Source of the DNA: Actinocatenispora sp.
Lineage (GTDB): Bacteria; Actinomycetota; Actinomycetes; Mycobacteriales; Micromonosporaceae
Direction of reading: 5' to 3'
Length of the DNA stretch: 51,100 bases
Assembly: GCA_049582705.1 (NCBI GenBank)
Contig: JBAUUM010000988.1
Location: 1 to 51,100 of the forward strand
This document shows, piece by piece, positions 41,415 through 51,100 of this stretch. Below the pieces are notes generated by a model. It had not been told where the DNA came from and did not search any database. It saw only the letters and a program-made list of their open reading frames with translations. Numbering within the stretch: position 1 is the stretch's first letter; each line of letters begins with the position of its first letter. A program made the translations under genes and the position numbers.

Positions 41415-43325
41415 GTGGGTGATCGGGTGGAGACGCTGGAGTTCCAGGCGGAGATGCGTCAGCTGCTGCGGCTGATGGTGCATTCGATCTACTCCAACAA
41501 GGACATCTTCCTGCGTGAGCTGATCTCCAACTGCTCCGACGCGTTGGACAAGCTGCGACTGGAGTCGCTGACCAACAAGGAACTGCAGGTCGACGCGTCC
41601 GATCTGCACATCGACATCGAGGTCGACCCCGAGCAGCGCACGCTGACCGTACGGGACAACGGCATCGGCATGTCCCGCGACGAGGTGGTCGAGCTGATCG
41701 GCACGATCGCCAGGTCGGGCACGGCCGAACTGCTCGCCAAGATCAAGCAGTCGAAGGACGCCGCGGCGTCGCAGGAGCTCATCGGGCAGTTCGGGGTGGG
41801 CTTCTACTCGACCTTCATGGTCGCCGACCGGGTCAGCCTGCTGACCCGCCGCGCCGGGCAGCAGGAAGGCACCCGCTGGGAGTCCACCGGCGAGGGCACC
41901 TACGTCATCGAGTCCGTCGACGACGTGCCGCAGGGCACCGCGGTCACCCTGCACCTCAAGCCGGAGGACAGCGAGGACCGGCTGTTCGACTACGCGGCGG
42001 AGTGGAAGATCCGCGAGATCGTGAAGCGCTACTCCGACTTCATCGCGTGGCCGATCCGGATGTCGGTGGAGAGCACCGGCGAGGACGGTACGACCAGCCA
42101 CGAGACGCAGACGCTCAACTCGATGAAGGCGCTGTGGGCGCGCGCCCGCAAGGACGTCGACGACAACGAGTACCACGAGTTCTACAAGCACATCAGCCAC
42201 GACTGGATGGACCCGCTCGAAATCGTGCACATGAAGGCCGAGGGGACCTTCGAGTACGAGGCGCTGCTGTTCCTCCCGGCGCACGCCCCGTACGACCTGC
42301 ACATGCGCGACGGGCAGCGCGGCGTGCAGCTGTACGTCAAGCGGGTGTTCATCATGGAAGACTGCGAGGCGCTGATGCCCCGCTACCTGCGCTTCGTCAA
42401 GGGCGTCGTGGACGCGCACGACCTGTCGCTCAACATCTCCCGCGAGATCCTGCAGCAGGACCGCCAGATCCAGGCGGTACGTCGGCGCCTGGTCAAGAAG
42501 GTCCTCGGCAGCGTCAAGACCATGCAGTCCGAGGCGCCGGAACGGTACGCGACGTTCTGGAAGGAGTTCGGCCGGGCCGTCAAGGAGGGCCTGCTGGAGG
42601 ACTCCGCCAACCGGGACCTCATCCTCGACGTCATCTCGGTCGACTCCACCCACGACGCCGAGGCGCCGACCACCCTGCGGCAGTACGTCGAGCGCATGCC
42701 CGAGGACCAGAAGAACATCTACTACATGTGCGGCGAGTCCCGGGCCATGGTCGAGAACTCGCCGCACATGGAGGCGTTCCGCGCCAAGGGCCGGGAGGTA
42801 CTCGTCCTGACCGACCCGATCGACGAGGTGTGGGTCGAGCAGGTCGGCACCTTCGACGGCACGCCGCTGCAGTCGATCGCCAAGGGCCAGGTCGACCTGT
42901 CCGGTGCGGACGACACGACCGAGGACTCGCCGGAGCGGGAGCAGCAGCAGAAGGACTTCGCCGGACTGCTGTCCTGGCTGACCGAACGTCTGGCCGAGGA
43001 CGTGAAGGAGGTACGGCTGTCGACCCGGCTGACCACCTCGCCGGCCTGCATCGTCGGTGACGCCGAGGACATGACGCCGACCCTGGAGAAGATGTACCGG
43101 GCGATGGGCCAGGAGATGCCGCACGCCAAACGCATCCTGGAGATCAACCCCGGTCATCCGCTGGTGACCGGCATGCGTACCGCCCAGGAGCAGGGCGGCA
43201 GCCCGGCGCTGGAGCAGACCGCGGAACTGCTGTACGGCATGGCGCTGCTCGCCGAGGGCGGCGAGCTCGCCGACCCGGCCCGGTTCACCCGCATGCTCGC
43301 CGACCGGCTGGCCGACACGCTGTAG
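41415..43325 (+). CDS. htpG: Molecular chaperone HtpG (Hsp90)
   Basis: IYSNKDIFLRELISN, DNGIGM, IGQFGVGFYS, LNISREILQ, LEINPGHPL. Confidence 0.97.
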   Translation: MGDRVETLEFQAEMRQLLRLMVHSIYSNKDIFLRELISNCSDALDKLRLESLTNKELQVDASDLHIDIEVDPEQRTLTVRDNGIGMSRDEVVELIGTIARSGTAELLAKIKQSKDAAASQELIGQFGVGFYSTFMVADRVSLLTRRAGQQEGTRWESTGEGTYVIESVDDVPQGTAVTLHLKPEDSEDRLFDYAAEWKIREIVKRYSDFIAWPIRMSVESTGEDGTTSHETQTLNSMKALWARARKDVDDNEYHEFYKHISHDWMDPLEIVHMKAEGTFEYEALLFLPAHAPYDLHMRDGQRGVQLYVKRVFIMEDCEALMPRYLRFVKGVVDAHDLSLNISREILQQDRQIQAVRRRLVKKVLGSVKTMQSEAPERYATFWKEFGRAVKEGLLEDSANRDLILDVISVDSTHDAEAPTTLRQYVERMPEDQKNIYYMCGESRAMVENSPHMEAFRAKGREVLVLTDPIDEVWVEQVGTFDGTPLQSIAKGQVDLSGADDTTEDSPEREQQQKDFAGLLSWLTERLAEDVKEVRLSTRLTTSPACIVGDAEDMTPTLEKMYRAMGQEMPHAKRILEINPGHPLVTGMRTAQEQGGSPALEQTAELLYGMALLAEGGELADPARFTRMLADRLADTL

Positions 43326-43373
43326 GCGCGTACCGCGCGCACCTGAGGACATCTCGGCTCGGAGGAGATCGCG

Positions 43374-44570
43374 ATGAGCGACGTGGAACGTCTCCAGGAC
43401 GAGGTTCGTGCGCGCGGTGGGTCCGTGCCGGCCATGCTGCCCGCGGTCGCGTACACCTCGCCCGAGGTGCTGGCGTGGGAGCGGCGGCAGCTGTTCGCCG
43501 GTACCTGGACGTGTCTGGGTCGGCTCGACGAGCTGCTGCCGGCCGCGCTGGACGGCGGCCGGCCGGCCACCCAGCGCGCCGTGCTGGTGGGCGACGTGGC
43601 GGCGCTGCTGACCCGGGACGGTGCCCGGGTCCGGATGTTCGCCAACACCTGCCGCCATCGCGCCCACGAGCTGCTGCCCGACGGCGGCGCCTCGGCCCGC
43701 CGTTCGGTGATCTGCCCGTACCACGCCTGGTCGTACGACCTCGCCGGTGATCTCGTCGCCGCGCCCGGGTACCGCGACGAGCCCGGCTTCGACGCCACGG
43801 CGTACTCCCTGGTGGAGCTGCCGGTCGAGGTCTGGTGCGGCTGGGTCTTCGGCCACGCGGCGCACCCGCTGAGCGACCCGTCCGTCGTACCGTTCGCCGA
43901 CCATCTCGGCGAACTCGGCGGGGTGGTGGCACCGTACGGTCCGGCGTCGCTGAGGCTGGCGGACCGGCACTCGTACGAGATCGCCGCGAACTGGAAGATC
44001 GTCGCGGAGAACTACCACGAGTGCTACCACTGCCCGCTGATCCACCCCGAGCTGTGTCAGGTCAGTCCGCCGACCTCCGGCGACAACTACGATCTGCCGG
44101 GCGCGTGGGTCGGTGGCGCGATGGTGCTGCGCGACGGGATGGCGACGATGTCGCTGACGGGACGGTCGGCCGGCAACCCGATCCCCGGCGTGTCGCCGAC
44201 GGCGGTCGAGTACGTGCACCTGCTGCCGAACCTGCTGATCTCCGCGCACCCCGACTATGTGATGGCCCACCGCCTGGTGCCGCTGGCGCCGGGCCGTACC
44301 TGGATCGAGTGTTCCTGGTACCTGCTGCCGTCCGCCGATGGCACGGTCCCGGACCCGTCGTACGCCGTGGAGTTCTGGGACCTCACGAACCGGCAGGACT
44401 GGGCGGCCTGCGAGTCGGTCCAGCGTGGGCTGGAGTCGCCGCACTACGCGCCGGGCCCGCTCTCGCCGGCCGAGGACGCGGTCGAGCGGTTCGTGGCGCT
44501 GGTGTCCCGCGCGTACGCCGGGCTGTCGCTGCACGACTACCGGGCCTCCACCGCGCGAGCCCGGCCGTGA
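43374..44570 (+). CDS. Rieske non-heme iron oxygenase alpha subunit (choline/betaine monooxygenase-like)
   Basis: NTCRHR...CPYHAW Rieske motif; NWKIVAENYHECYHCPLIH mononuclear Fe motif. Confidence 0.88.
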   Translation: MSDVERLQDEVRARGGSVPAMLPAVAYTSPEVLAWERRQLFAGTWTCLGRLDELLPAALDGGRPATQRAVLVGDVAALLTRDGARVRMFANTCRHRAHELLPDGGASARRSVICPYHAWSYDLAGDLVAAPGYRDEPGFDATAYSLVELPVEVWCGWVFGHAAHPLSDPSVVPFADHLGELGGVVAPYGPASLRLADRHSYEIAANWKIVAENYHECYHCPLIHPELCQVSPPTSGDNYDLPGAWVGGAMVLRDGMATMSLTGRSAGNPIPGVSPTAVEYVHLLPNLLISAHPDYVMAHRLVPLAPGRTWIECSWYLLPSADGTVPDPSYAVEFWDLTNRQDWAACESVQRGLESPHYAPGPLSPAEDAVERFVALVSRAYAGLSLHDYRASTARARP

Positions 44571-45199
44571 CCTGGACGGTCTTCCTCGGTTTCCTCATCG
44601 CGATCCTGCCGGTCGCGCTGACGCCCGGCGCCAGCCTGACCCTGGCGACGCAGCGGAGCCTGGCCGGGGAACGGGCCGCGACCGGCTGGGTGATCGCCGG
44701 CACCGCCACCGGGATCTACGCGCACGCCACGCTCGCGGGGCTTGGCCTGTCGGCGCTGGTGATGCGCTCGGCCGAGGTGTTCACCGCGGTGAAGCTGGTC
44801 GGTGCCGCGTACCTGATCGGTCTCGGCGCGGTGAGCCTGTGGCGCAGCCGGCGCAGGCGGGCGACGTCCGTGCCCCGGCGATCGCTGCCGTGGGTCGGGC
44901 ACCATACCTTCCCGCAGGCCCTGTTGTCCAACGTGCTCAACCCCAAGGCCGCGGCCGTCTACCTGACGCTCGCGCCGCAGTTCCTGTCCGCCGGCCACGT
45001 CGGTGTCGGCGCGCTGCTCGCGCTGGCCACCGTCCACGTGCTGGTGATGGCGACCTGGTTGGGTGTCTGGGGCGTCGCGCTGTCGGGTGCCCGCCGGATC
45101 ATCACCATGCAGGGGCTCAAGGCCTGGATCAACCGGGTCGGAGGCGCGGTCCTGGTCGCGCTCGGCGTCCGCGCCGCCGCGACTGCCTGGTCCCGCTGA
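44567..45199 (+). CDS. LysE/RhtB family translocator
   Basis: LTPGAS, KLVGAAYLIGLG, NVLNPKA, INRVGG; GTGA overlap with Rieske gene. Confidence 0.88.
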   Translation: MTWTVFLGFLIAILPVALTPGASLTLATQRSLAGERAATGWVIAGTATGIYAHATLAGLGLSALVMRSAEVFTAVKLVGAAYLIGLGAVSLWRSRRRRATSVPRRSLPWVGHHTFPQALLSNVLNPKAAAVYLTLAPQFLSAGHVGVGALLALATVHVLVMATWLGVWGVALSGARRIITMQGLKAWINRVGGAVLVALGVRAAATAWSR

Positions 45200-45337
45200 C
45201 GGCGGACAGCGACGATACGAACCGGCGTGGCGGGCCGTCAGCCCGTGCCCGGCGCGGTACCCAGCCGCCGGGAGCGCCGCCCGAGGATCCCGGATGCCCT
45301 CACGAGGTTCCGGCGGGGATTGATGCATGCTGTGCTC

Positions 45338-46819
45338 ATGCGGGCTTCCACGGATGAAGCAATCAGAAACCAGGACGAATCAGACCGGCCGCTGCGGGTC
45401 ATGCCGTGGTGGGTGGTGATGCTGGGACTGATCCTGGCGGTGGCGGCCGGCATCGCGGTGATCTGGTGGCTGTTGAGCGAGGCCGCCGGCACGTCCACCG
45501 CCCGTGCTGGTCTGCGGATCGATGCCATCCGCACCGGGCTGACCGTGGTTGCCGGCACCGGCGGCGCGGTCGCCCTGTTGTTCGGTGCCCGGCGTCAGTG
45601 GCTCAGCGAACGGGCGCAACGGCACCGGGAGCGGGTCGACGCGCAGGAGCGGGCCCACGCGGAACGCCTGCTGGCCCACGAGGAGCGGGTCGCCGAGCTC
45701 GACCGCGCACACCGTGACCGCGAGGCCGACCAGGCCGATCAGGATTCCGAGGAACGGCGTATCACCGAGCTGTACACCGCAGCGGTCAGCCAGCTCGGGA
45801 GCGTCCGCGCCGCCGTCCGGCTCGCCGGCCTGTACGCGCTGGAACGGCTCGCGCACAAGTACGCGGCGCAGCGGCAGACCATCGTCGACGTGCTGTGCGG
45901 GTACCTGCGGATGGCGACCCCGCACGCCACGCCGGTCGACCAGGAACACGAGGTACGCCGGACCGCGCAGCGCATCCTGTGCCGCCACCTGCAGGCGGCC
46001 GACGTGGAGCGCTGGGCCGACGTACGCCTGGACCTGTCCGGGGCCGAACTCGTCGACTTCGACGCGACCGGCTGCCAGCTGACCGACGGGGTGTTCACCG
46101 GCGCACGCTTCACAGGATCGACCCGCTTCGACCGGGCTGTGGTCGACGGGCGGACGCTGTGGGGTTCCGCCCGGTTCACCGGCTCGCAGGCCTCGTTCCG
46201 CGGCGCCCTGTTCGAGACCGACGTCGCTCTCGACGGGGTGCGTTTCGCGTGCGCCGTGGACTTCTCGGACGCGGTGTTCGCTGCCCAGCTCGACGGCCTG
46301 CACCCGGATCTGTTCGGCGGCAGGGTGCAGTTCATCGGCTCGACGTTCCGCCGGACGGTGCTCTTCGATCGGGTGCGGTTCGGGGCCGAGGTGTCCTTCG
46401 AACGCGCCGCCTTCGACAACGGCGTCTCCTTCGAACACGCCGAGTTCCACGGAGTGCGGTTCCGCTCTGCGCATTTCCGCGGCGACGCACGGTTCCAGTA
46501 CTGCACGTTCGCTGGCCCGACCTCGTTCCGGAGGGCCCGCTTCGAGAAGGACCTGAGCTTCGACCGGGCGGTGGTGCACTCCATCAGCTTCGCGCAGGTG
46601 GTGCTGCCGGTTCGTGGCTGTGTCAGTTTCGAAGGGCTGCGGGTACCGACGACGGACCTGGGCAGGGCCTCGGCCGACGGACAGCCGGCCGGCGTGGACA
46701 GCTCGATGCCCCGGGAGAGGTACTGGCCGCCCGGTTTCCGCGAGGTCGACCTGGACAAGGACTGGCGCACGGTCGAACCCGAACCGCAGCACGCCGGGTC
46801 GACACACGAACCGGCGTGA
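45338..46819 (+). CDS. Membrane-anchored pentapeptide repeat protein (start uncertain)
   Basis: Two N-terminal TM segments, RRITELYTAAVSQLG...LYALERLA motif, many (A/G)xF pentapeptide repeats. Confidence 0.85.
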   Translation: MRASTDEAIRNQDESDRPLRVMPWWVVMLGLILAVAAGIAVIWWLLSEAAGTSTARAGLRIDAIRTGLTVVAGTGGAVALLFGARRQWLSERAQRHRERVDAQERAHAERLLAHEERVAELDRAHRDREADQADQDSEERRITELYTAAVSQLGSVRAAVRLAGLYALERLAHKYAAQRQTIVDVLCGYLRMATPHATPVDQEHEVRRTAQRILCRHLQAADVERWADVRLDLSGAELVDFDATGCQLTDGVFTGARFTGSTRFDRAVVDGRTLWGSARFTGSQASFRGALFETDVALDGVRFACAVDFSDAVFAAQLDGLHPDLFGGRVQFIGSTFRRTVLFDRVRFGAEVSFERAAFDNGVSFEHAEFHGVRFRSAHFRGDARFQYCTFAGPTSFRRARFEKDLSFDRAVVHSISFAQVVLPVRGCVSFEGLRVPTTDLGRASADGQPAGVDSSMPRERYWPPGFREVDLDKDWRTVEPEPQHAGSTHEPA

Positions 46820-47065
46820 CCACCGGCCCGCCGCCTGACCGCTCCAACCGGGCGGGGTCGGCGGCGTGGACATGGACGATCGCCGACGATGCGACCGGCA
46901 CGGTGGCTCCGGACATGGCCGGCATCGGGCAGCGCGGGTCCACCGGTGCGGCCTGTCCGATGGGAGCGCAAACGCGGCCGGCTGGCAGAGGTGGACCGGT
47001 CGGCGCCGCCCGACGATTGGGGGCGTCCCACCCGCGGCGTCGCCGCCCCGTCCAGGAGGTTCCTC

Positions 47066-47368
47066 GTGTTCATCGCAATCGTCGACATCACCGTCGCCAC
47101 GGCCGACCGGCCCGCCGCCCTTGCCCAGTTCGACGGCGTGCGTGACCAGATCCGTGCCATGCCGGGCAATCTGGCCTTCCGGGTCTACCCGTCGCGTGAG
47201 GAGGACACGCGGATCGCCGTCGTCCACGAATGGGACGACGAGGAGTCGTTCGCCGGCTACCTGAGGTCGGACGCCTTCACGCGCTCCAGTGAGCTGCTTC
47301 GGCCGATCATGACCGGGGCACCGGTGAGCCGGCGCTTCAGCGCCGAGTTGCTGGAGACCGTCGCCTGA
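47066..47368 (+). CDS. ABM-domain (putative quinol monooxygenase) protein
   Basis: AGGAGG RBS; RAMPGNLAFRV, VHEWDDEESF. Confidence 0.8.
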   Translation: MFIAIVDITVATADRPAALAQFDGVRDQIRAMPGNLAFRVYPSREEDTRIAVVHEWDDEESFAGYLRSDAFTRSSELLRPIMTGAPVSRRFSAELLETVA

Positions 47369-47411
47369 CCGGCCACCGGGGCTTCTACGATGTGACCGTG
47401 CGAGGCCGTCG

Positions 47412-48188
47412 ATGACCCGCGAGGCGTACAGCTTCGTCCGCACCTTCGCTCCGGAGCCCGCCCGCGATCTTCGCGTGGACCGCCATTACCTGCTCTGTGC
47501 CTCCGCCGGTGCGCTCCGGCTGGAGGCGCAGGGTCAGGCGTGGCTTCTGCCGCCGGCGCGGGCCGCCCTCATCGAGGCGGGACAGCCGATCCGGGTGAGC
47601 CTCCCGCAGCCGGTCAGGACCGCTTCGGTCCTGTTCGACACCGGCTTCACCGCGGCCCCACCGGCGCCGCTGACGGTGTTCGATCTCAACCCGCTGGCAC
47701 GCGCGCTGGTGACCGAGTGCGGTGCGTGGGGCGAGAACGACGAACCCCTCACCTCGTACGCCCGGACGCTGTTCGCCGCGCTCGCCGCGGTGACCTGGCG
47801 GCTCGCCGGCCAGCCGAGTCCCGTCGTGGTACCGGTGGGACGATCGCCGGAACTGCGCCGGGCCCTTGAGCTGACCGAGGAGCGGCTCGGCGGTGAGGTC
47901 CGCTTCGAGGCCGTGTCCGACGAGGTCGGCCTCGCGCCGCGGTCGCTCGCCCGGCGTTTCGAGGACGAGACGGGCATGACCTGGCGGGCCGTCCTGCGCC
48001 GGATGCGGGTACTGCGTGCGATCGAGGAACTCGCGGCCGGCGACGCCCCGGTGACCAGGATCGCGTTCATGGTCGGCTACGCCTCACTGTCGGCCTTCAA
48101 CGCCGCCTTCCGGGAACTGACCGGCCGCACGCCCACGGAGTACCGGGCGAGCTTCCGACCCGGACCGGTCCCGGTCGAGGACTCCTGA
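47412..48188 (+). CDS. AraC family regulator with cupin sensor domain
   Basis: LAPRSLARRFEDETG, IAFMVGYASLSAFNAAFRELTGRTPTEYR. Confidence 0.9.
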   Translation: MTREAYSFVRTFAPEPARDLRVDRHYLLCASAGALRLEAQGQAWLLPPARAALIEAGQPIRVSLPQPVRTASVLFDTGFTAAPPAPLTVFDLNPLARALVTECGAWGENDEPLTSYARTLFAALAAVTWRLAGQPSPVVVPVGRSPELRRALELTEERLGGEVRFEAVSDEVGLAPRSLARRFEDETGMTWRAVLRRMRVLRAIEELAAGDAPVTRIAFMVGYASLSAFNAAFRELTGRTPTEYRASFRPGPVPVEDS

Positions 48189-48381
48189 CGCCAGGGCGGA
48201 ACCCGCAGAATCCCGGAACTCCGCCCACGACCCCGAACCCGGCAGGCTCACCCGGCAGACTCGTACGGACTCCGGGGTCGCTGTGCAGATCGACACCGGC
48301 CGGCCCGCGCCGATCGCCCTAGTTTGGTACCGCCGCCCGTGACGGGCGTGCACTGCATCCAGTCGACCACCGGGGAAAGAC

Positions 48382-49416
48382 ATGAAGCGGGTACTGCCGG
48401 CCATCGGGCTGTTCCTCCTGGCACCACTCGTCGCGGAGTTCCTGCTCGGTGACCTGCCCATCACCGCGATCGCCGGGCTGCTCGTCGTCGGGCCGATGTA
48501 CGGCGGCGGCGCGCTGCTGATCCGCGAGCTGTGCCGGCGGTTCGGCTGGGGCTGGCCCGGCATCGTCACGCTGGGACTCGCGTACGCGTTCCTGGAGGAG
48601 GGCGCGGCCACCCAGTCGCTGTTCAACCCGCACTACGCCCACAAGCACCTGCTCTCGTACGGGCATCTCCCGGCGCTGGGCATGGGCGCCTCGTGGACGG
48701 TCTTCGTACTGACCCTGCACGCGGTGTGGAGCATCGGGGTGCCGATCGCGTGCGTCGAGCTGCTGACCCGGGACCGGCGCAGCACACCGTGGCTCGGTCG
48801 GCTCGGGTTGGGTGTGGCGGCGGGACTGCTGCTGATCGGCCTGGTACTGAACGGCGTGGTGGGCTACGAGCAGTCCGGGTTCGTCGCCGCGCCGGGACAG
48901 TTCGCCCTGGTCGCGGTCGTGGTGATCGTCCTGGTGGCGGCGGCGGTCGTGGTCGGCAGGCGTCCCCGGCCGGCCGCGCGTACCGGCACGGCGCCGTCGC
49001 CGTGGCTGCTCGGTGCCGCCTCGCTGGTCGTCACGTCCGTCGTGACCGGCGCCTGGTACGAGGCCAAGGACTCCCTGTCGCCGTGGGTGTACGTGGTACT
49101 GGTGGTGCTGGCGTGGGCCGCCGCGATCCGGCTGGTCGGGCACTGGTCGCGGCTGACCGGCTGGGGTGCCGGGCACCAGCTCGCCCTCGCCGCCGGCGCG
49201 CTGCTGACGTACGCGTGGGAGGGGTTCGTCACCTCACACATGCTGGTGGACGCCTCCCCGGCGATAGCGCTGGCCAGCCATCTGCTGTTCGCGGCGGGCG
49301 CGGTGCTGCTGATCGTGGTCGCCGCGTACCGGGTGAGCCGTGCGGCCGTACCCATGGCGGACGTGGCGGACGTGGCGGACGTGGCGGAGACCGGCCGGCG
49401 GGTCGGGCAGCAGTGA
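48382..49416 (+). CDS. Multi-pass membrane protein of unknown function
   Basis: LLAPLVAEFLLG, YGGGALLIRE, LEEG...QSLFNP; about 10 hydrophobic segments. Confidence 0.8.
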   Translation: MKRVLPAIGLFLLAPLVAEFLLGDLPITAIAGLLVVGPMYGGGALLIRELCRRFGWGWPGIVTLGLAYAFLEEGAATQSLFNPHYAHKHLLSYGHLPALGMGASWTVFVLTLHAVWSIGVPIACVELLTRDRRSTPWLGRLGLGVAAGLLLIGLVLNGVVGYEQSGFVAAPGQFALVAVVVIVLVAAAVVVGRRPRPAARTGTAPSPWLLGAASLVVTSVVTGAWYEAKDSLSPWVYVVLVVLAWAAAIRLVGHWSRLTGWGAGHQLALAAGALLTYAWEGFVTSHMLVDASPAIALASHLLFAAGAVLLIVVAAYRVSRAAVPMADVADVADVAETGRRVGQQ

Positions 49417-49441
49417 CCGCCTGACGGTGCCGGGCGGTGGT

Positions 49442-50029
49442 CTATCGACCGGCGAGCAGGGCGAGGAACTCGTCCGCCAGTTCGGTCTGCCGTTCGGCGG
49501 GAAACCGCGCCGGGTCGAACAGTGCCTGCACGACCAGTCCGTGCGTGAAGGAGAGCACGGTCGTGGCGAGGGAGTCCGGGTCCCCGGGCGGCAGCTGGCC
49601 GAGCCGGGCGGCGTCCACGATGGACTCCCGCAGTATTGCCCTGATGCGCTCGTACCGCAGGGTCTGCGCTTCGAGCAGCTGTGGGTCGGACAGTGCCACG
49701 TCCCAGGAGCCGATCCAGATCCGGTTCATCGCCGTCCCGTCCGGCGTCAACGGCAGGATGTTGAGCACATGGGTGCGCAACGCGGGCAGGCCGGGCGCGG
49801 GCGCCGTCAGTCGCGGACGGCGCACCGTGCGGGTCTCCAGGATGTCGAGAGCGTGGGTGATCAGCTCACGCTTGCCCGTGAAGTAGTGGGTGACGAGGCC
49901 GGTGGAGGCGCCCATGGCCGCCGCCACGGCCCGAAGCGTGAGGCCGCCGAAGCCGTGTTCCGCGAGCACCTGCCAGACCGCCGCGGAGACGTCTTCGCGG
50001 CGGGAATCATGATCGGCTCGGGCGGGCAC
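49442..50029 (-). CDS. TetR family regulator (BetI-like C-terminus)
   Basis: LTLRAVAAAMGASTGLVTHYFTGKRELI HTH. Confidence 0.88.
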   Translation of the reverse strand: MPARADHDSRREDVSAAVWQVLAEHGFGGLTLRAVAAAMGASTGLVTHYFTGKRELITHALDILETRTVRRPRLTAPAPGLPALRTHVLNILPLTPDGTAMNRIWIGSWDVALSDPQLLEAQTLRYERIRAILRESIVDAARLGQLPPGDPDSLATTVLSFTHGLVVQALFDPARFPAERQTELADEFLALLAGR

Positions 50030-50040
50030 GCGTGCTAGCG

Positions 50041-50064
50041 TACATACCAAACGTTTGTTATGTA
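50041..50064. promoter_or_regulatory. 24-bp near-perfect palindrome, probable TetR operator
   Basis: TACATACCAAAC GTTTGTTATGTA (one mismatched pair) between divergent genes. Confidence 0.8.
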
Positions 50065-50090
50065 TAGCGCCACCACGCGCCGGAGGATCG

Positions 50091-51053
50091 ATGTTCACCC
50101 TTCCCCTCACCGCCACCGCCGAGCTGCGTCCGCTGGAGCCGTGGCACGCCGAGGAGTTCCTCGCCAACCTGGACCGGTGCCGGGAGCACATCGCCCCCTG
50201 GGTGGGGGCGTCGTTCGTCGCGAAGGACCTCGCCGGGGCCCGCACCGTACTGGGGAACTACGGCGACAGGCGTGCCCGGGACGCGGGCGGCATCTGGGGC
50301 ATCTGGCTGGAGGGCACGCTGGTCGGCGGGGTCATGTTCGTCTCCTTCGACACCCAGCAGGGCGTCTGTGAGGCGGGCTGCTGGTTGGAGCCGGGCGCCG
50401 AGGGCCGTGGCCTGGTGACCCGGGCGGCCGGTCGGATCCTCGACTGGGCGATCCTCGAGCGCGGCATGCCACGCGTCGAGTGGCACACCAAGGCGGACAA
50501 CGTCCGCAGCATCGCGGTGGCCCGGCGGTTGGGCATGAGCCGCGACGCGGTCCTACGCTCGGCCGTTCCCGATGGCTCCCGTGGCCGCGCCGACATGGAG
50601 ATCTGGTCCGTACTGGCGGACGAGTGGCGGGCCCGCCGGACCGACGCGGATCGCGACAAGGCGGAGATCGACCGACTCGTCGAGCGTTTCTACGAGCTGT
50701 TCACGAACGCCGACGGGGCCGTGCCGGACGTCGGCGCGATCCATCAGCTCTTCGTGCCCGACGGCGTGATCGTCACGGGCGGCCCCGAGCAGCAGGTCTG
50801 TGATCTGGAGACGTTCGCCGCCCCGCGGCAGAAGCTGCTCACCTCGGGCGAACTCACCGAGTTCGCGGAGGAGGAGACCTGGGAGCGGACCGAGGTCTTC
50901 GGCGACATCGCGCAGCGGTTGGGTCGCTACCGTAAGCGCGGGGTGCTGCGTGGCGAGACGTTCACCGGCGGAGGCACCAAGAGCATGCAGTTCCTGCGTA
51001 CCGCTGACGGCTGGAGGCTGACCGCGCTCAGCTGGGACGACGACCGCCGCTGA
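50091..51053 (+). CDS. RimJ/RimL-type GNAT acetyltransferase fused to C-terminal NTF2/DUF4440-like domain
   Basis: EAGCWLEPGAEGRGLV, DNVRSIAVARRLG; then AEIDRLVERFYELF...GWRLTALSWDD. Confidence 0.8.
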   Translation: MFTLPLTATAELRPLEPWHAEEFLANLDRCREHIAPWVGASFVAKDLAGARTVLGNYGDRRARDAGGIWGIWLEGTLVGGVMFVSFDTQQGVCEAGCWLEPGAEGRGLVTRAAGRILDWAILERGMPRVEWHTKADNVRSIAVARRLGMSRDAVLRSAVPDGSRGRADMEIWSVLADEWRARRTDADRDKAEIDRLVERFYELFTNADGAVPDVGAIHQLFVPDGVIVTGGPEQQVCDLETFAAPRQKLLTSGELTEFAEEETWERTEVFGDIAQRLGRYRKRGVLRGETFTGGGTKSMQFLRTADGWRLTALSWDDDRR

Positions 51054-51100
51054 CCCGTCGCCGACCTGAGCATCGCCGCGGGGGCACGGCTCAGCTGAGC

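Noticed and set aside
40326..44534. Very long minus-strand ORF (1402 aa), and similar ones such as 30323..33874, 1484..4390, 24471..27233 and 33896..36322
   Set aside because: They are antisense or off-frame shadows of real high-GC3 genes (htpG, hybrid kinase, etc.), Arg/Gly/Pro-rich with no motifs.
39290..45199. Secondary-metabolite biosynthetic cluster (ligase, deacetylase, oxygenase, exporter)
   Set aside because: No scaffold-forming enzyme or precursor peptide; the genes appear to have separate promoters and are interrupted by htpG.
49354..49389. 9-bp repeat (GTGGCGGAC) encoding MADVADVADVAE
   Set aside because: Short in-frame slippage in a low-complexity C-terminal tail; no evident function.

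Overview
High-GC actinomycete chromosome segment (genus not determinable from the sequence) with about 45 protein-coding genes, mostly accessory. It includes secreted hydrolases and lyases (GxGYxYP, TAP-like peptidase, PL7 alginate lyase, SGNH/OatA), a Tat-exported multicopper oxidase, two YciI/DGPF-ECF42 sigma modules, two-component systems including a poly-HAMP hybrid kinase, TetR/AraC regulators with readable operators, htpG and a Rieske oxygenase. No integrase, transposase, CRISPR array or rRNA was seen. The most unusual element is at 14.28-16.83 kb. Two 72-nt atypical tRNA-like RNAs lie in tandem; they are 60/72 identical, show compensatory stem changes, both have U73, and differ in the anticodon loop (CUCGGGA vs CUCUUUA). 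They sit 22 nt upstream of a 784-aa protein with no domain I can recognise, forming an apparent RNA+protein operon insulated by an upstream hairpin and wedged between the two ECF42 modules. Other points of note: three ECF42-type promoters (TGTCGA-N17-CGTC), two SigG/ECF56-like promoters, a bacterial laccase with Leu at the T1 axial position, and a near-identical 276-bp HAMP duplication. Start codons were chosen by eye (RBS, overlaps, family N-termini). Family calls are from motif recognition, not database searches.
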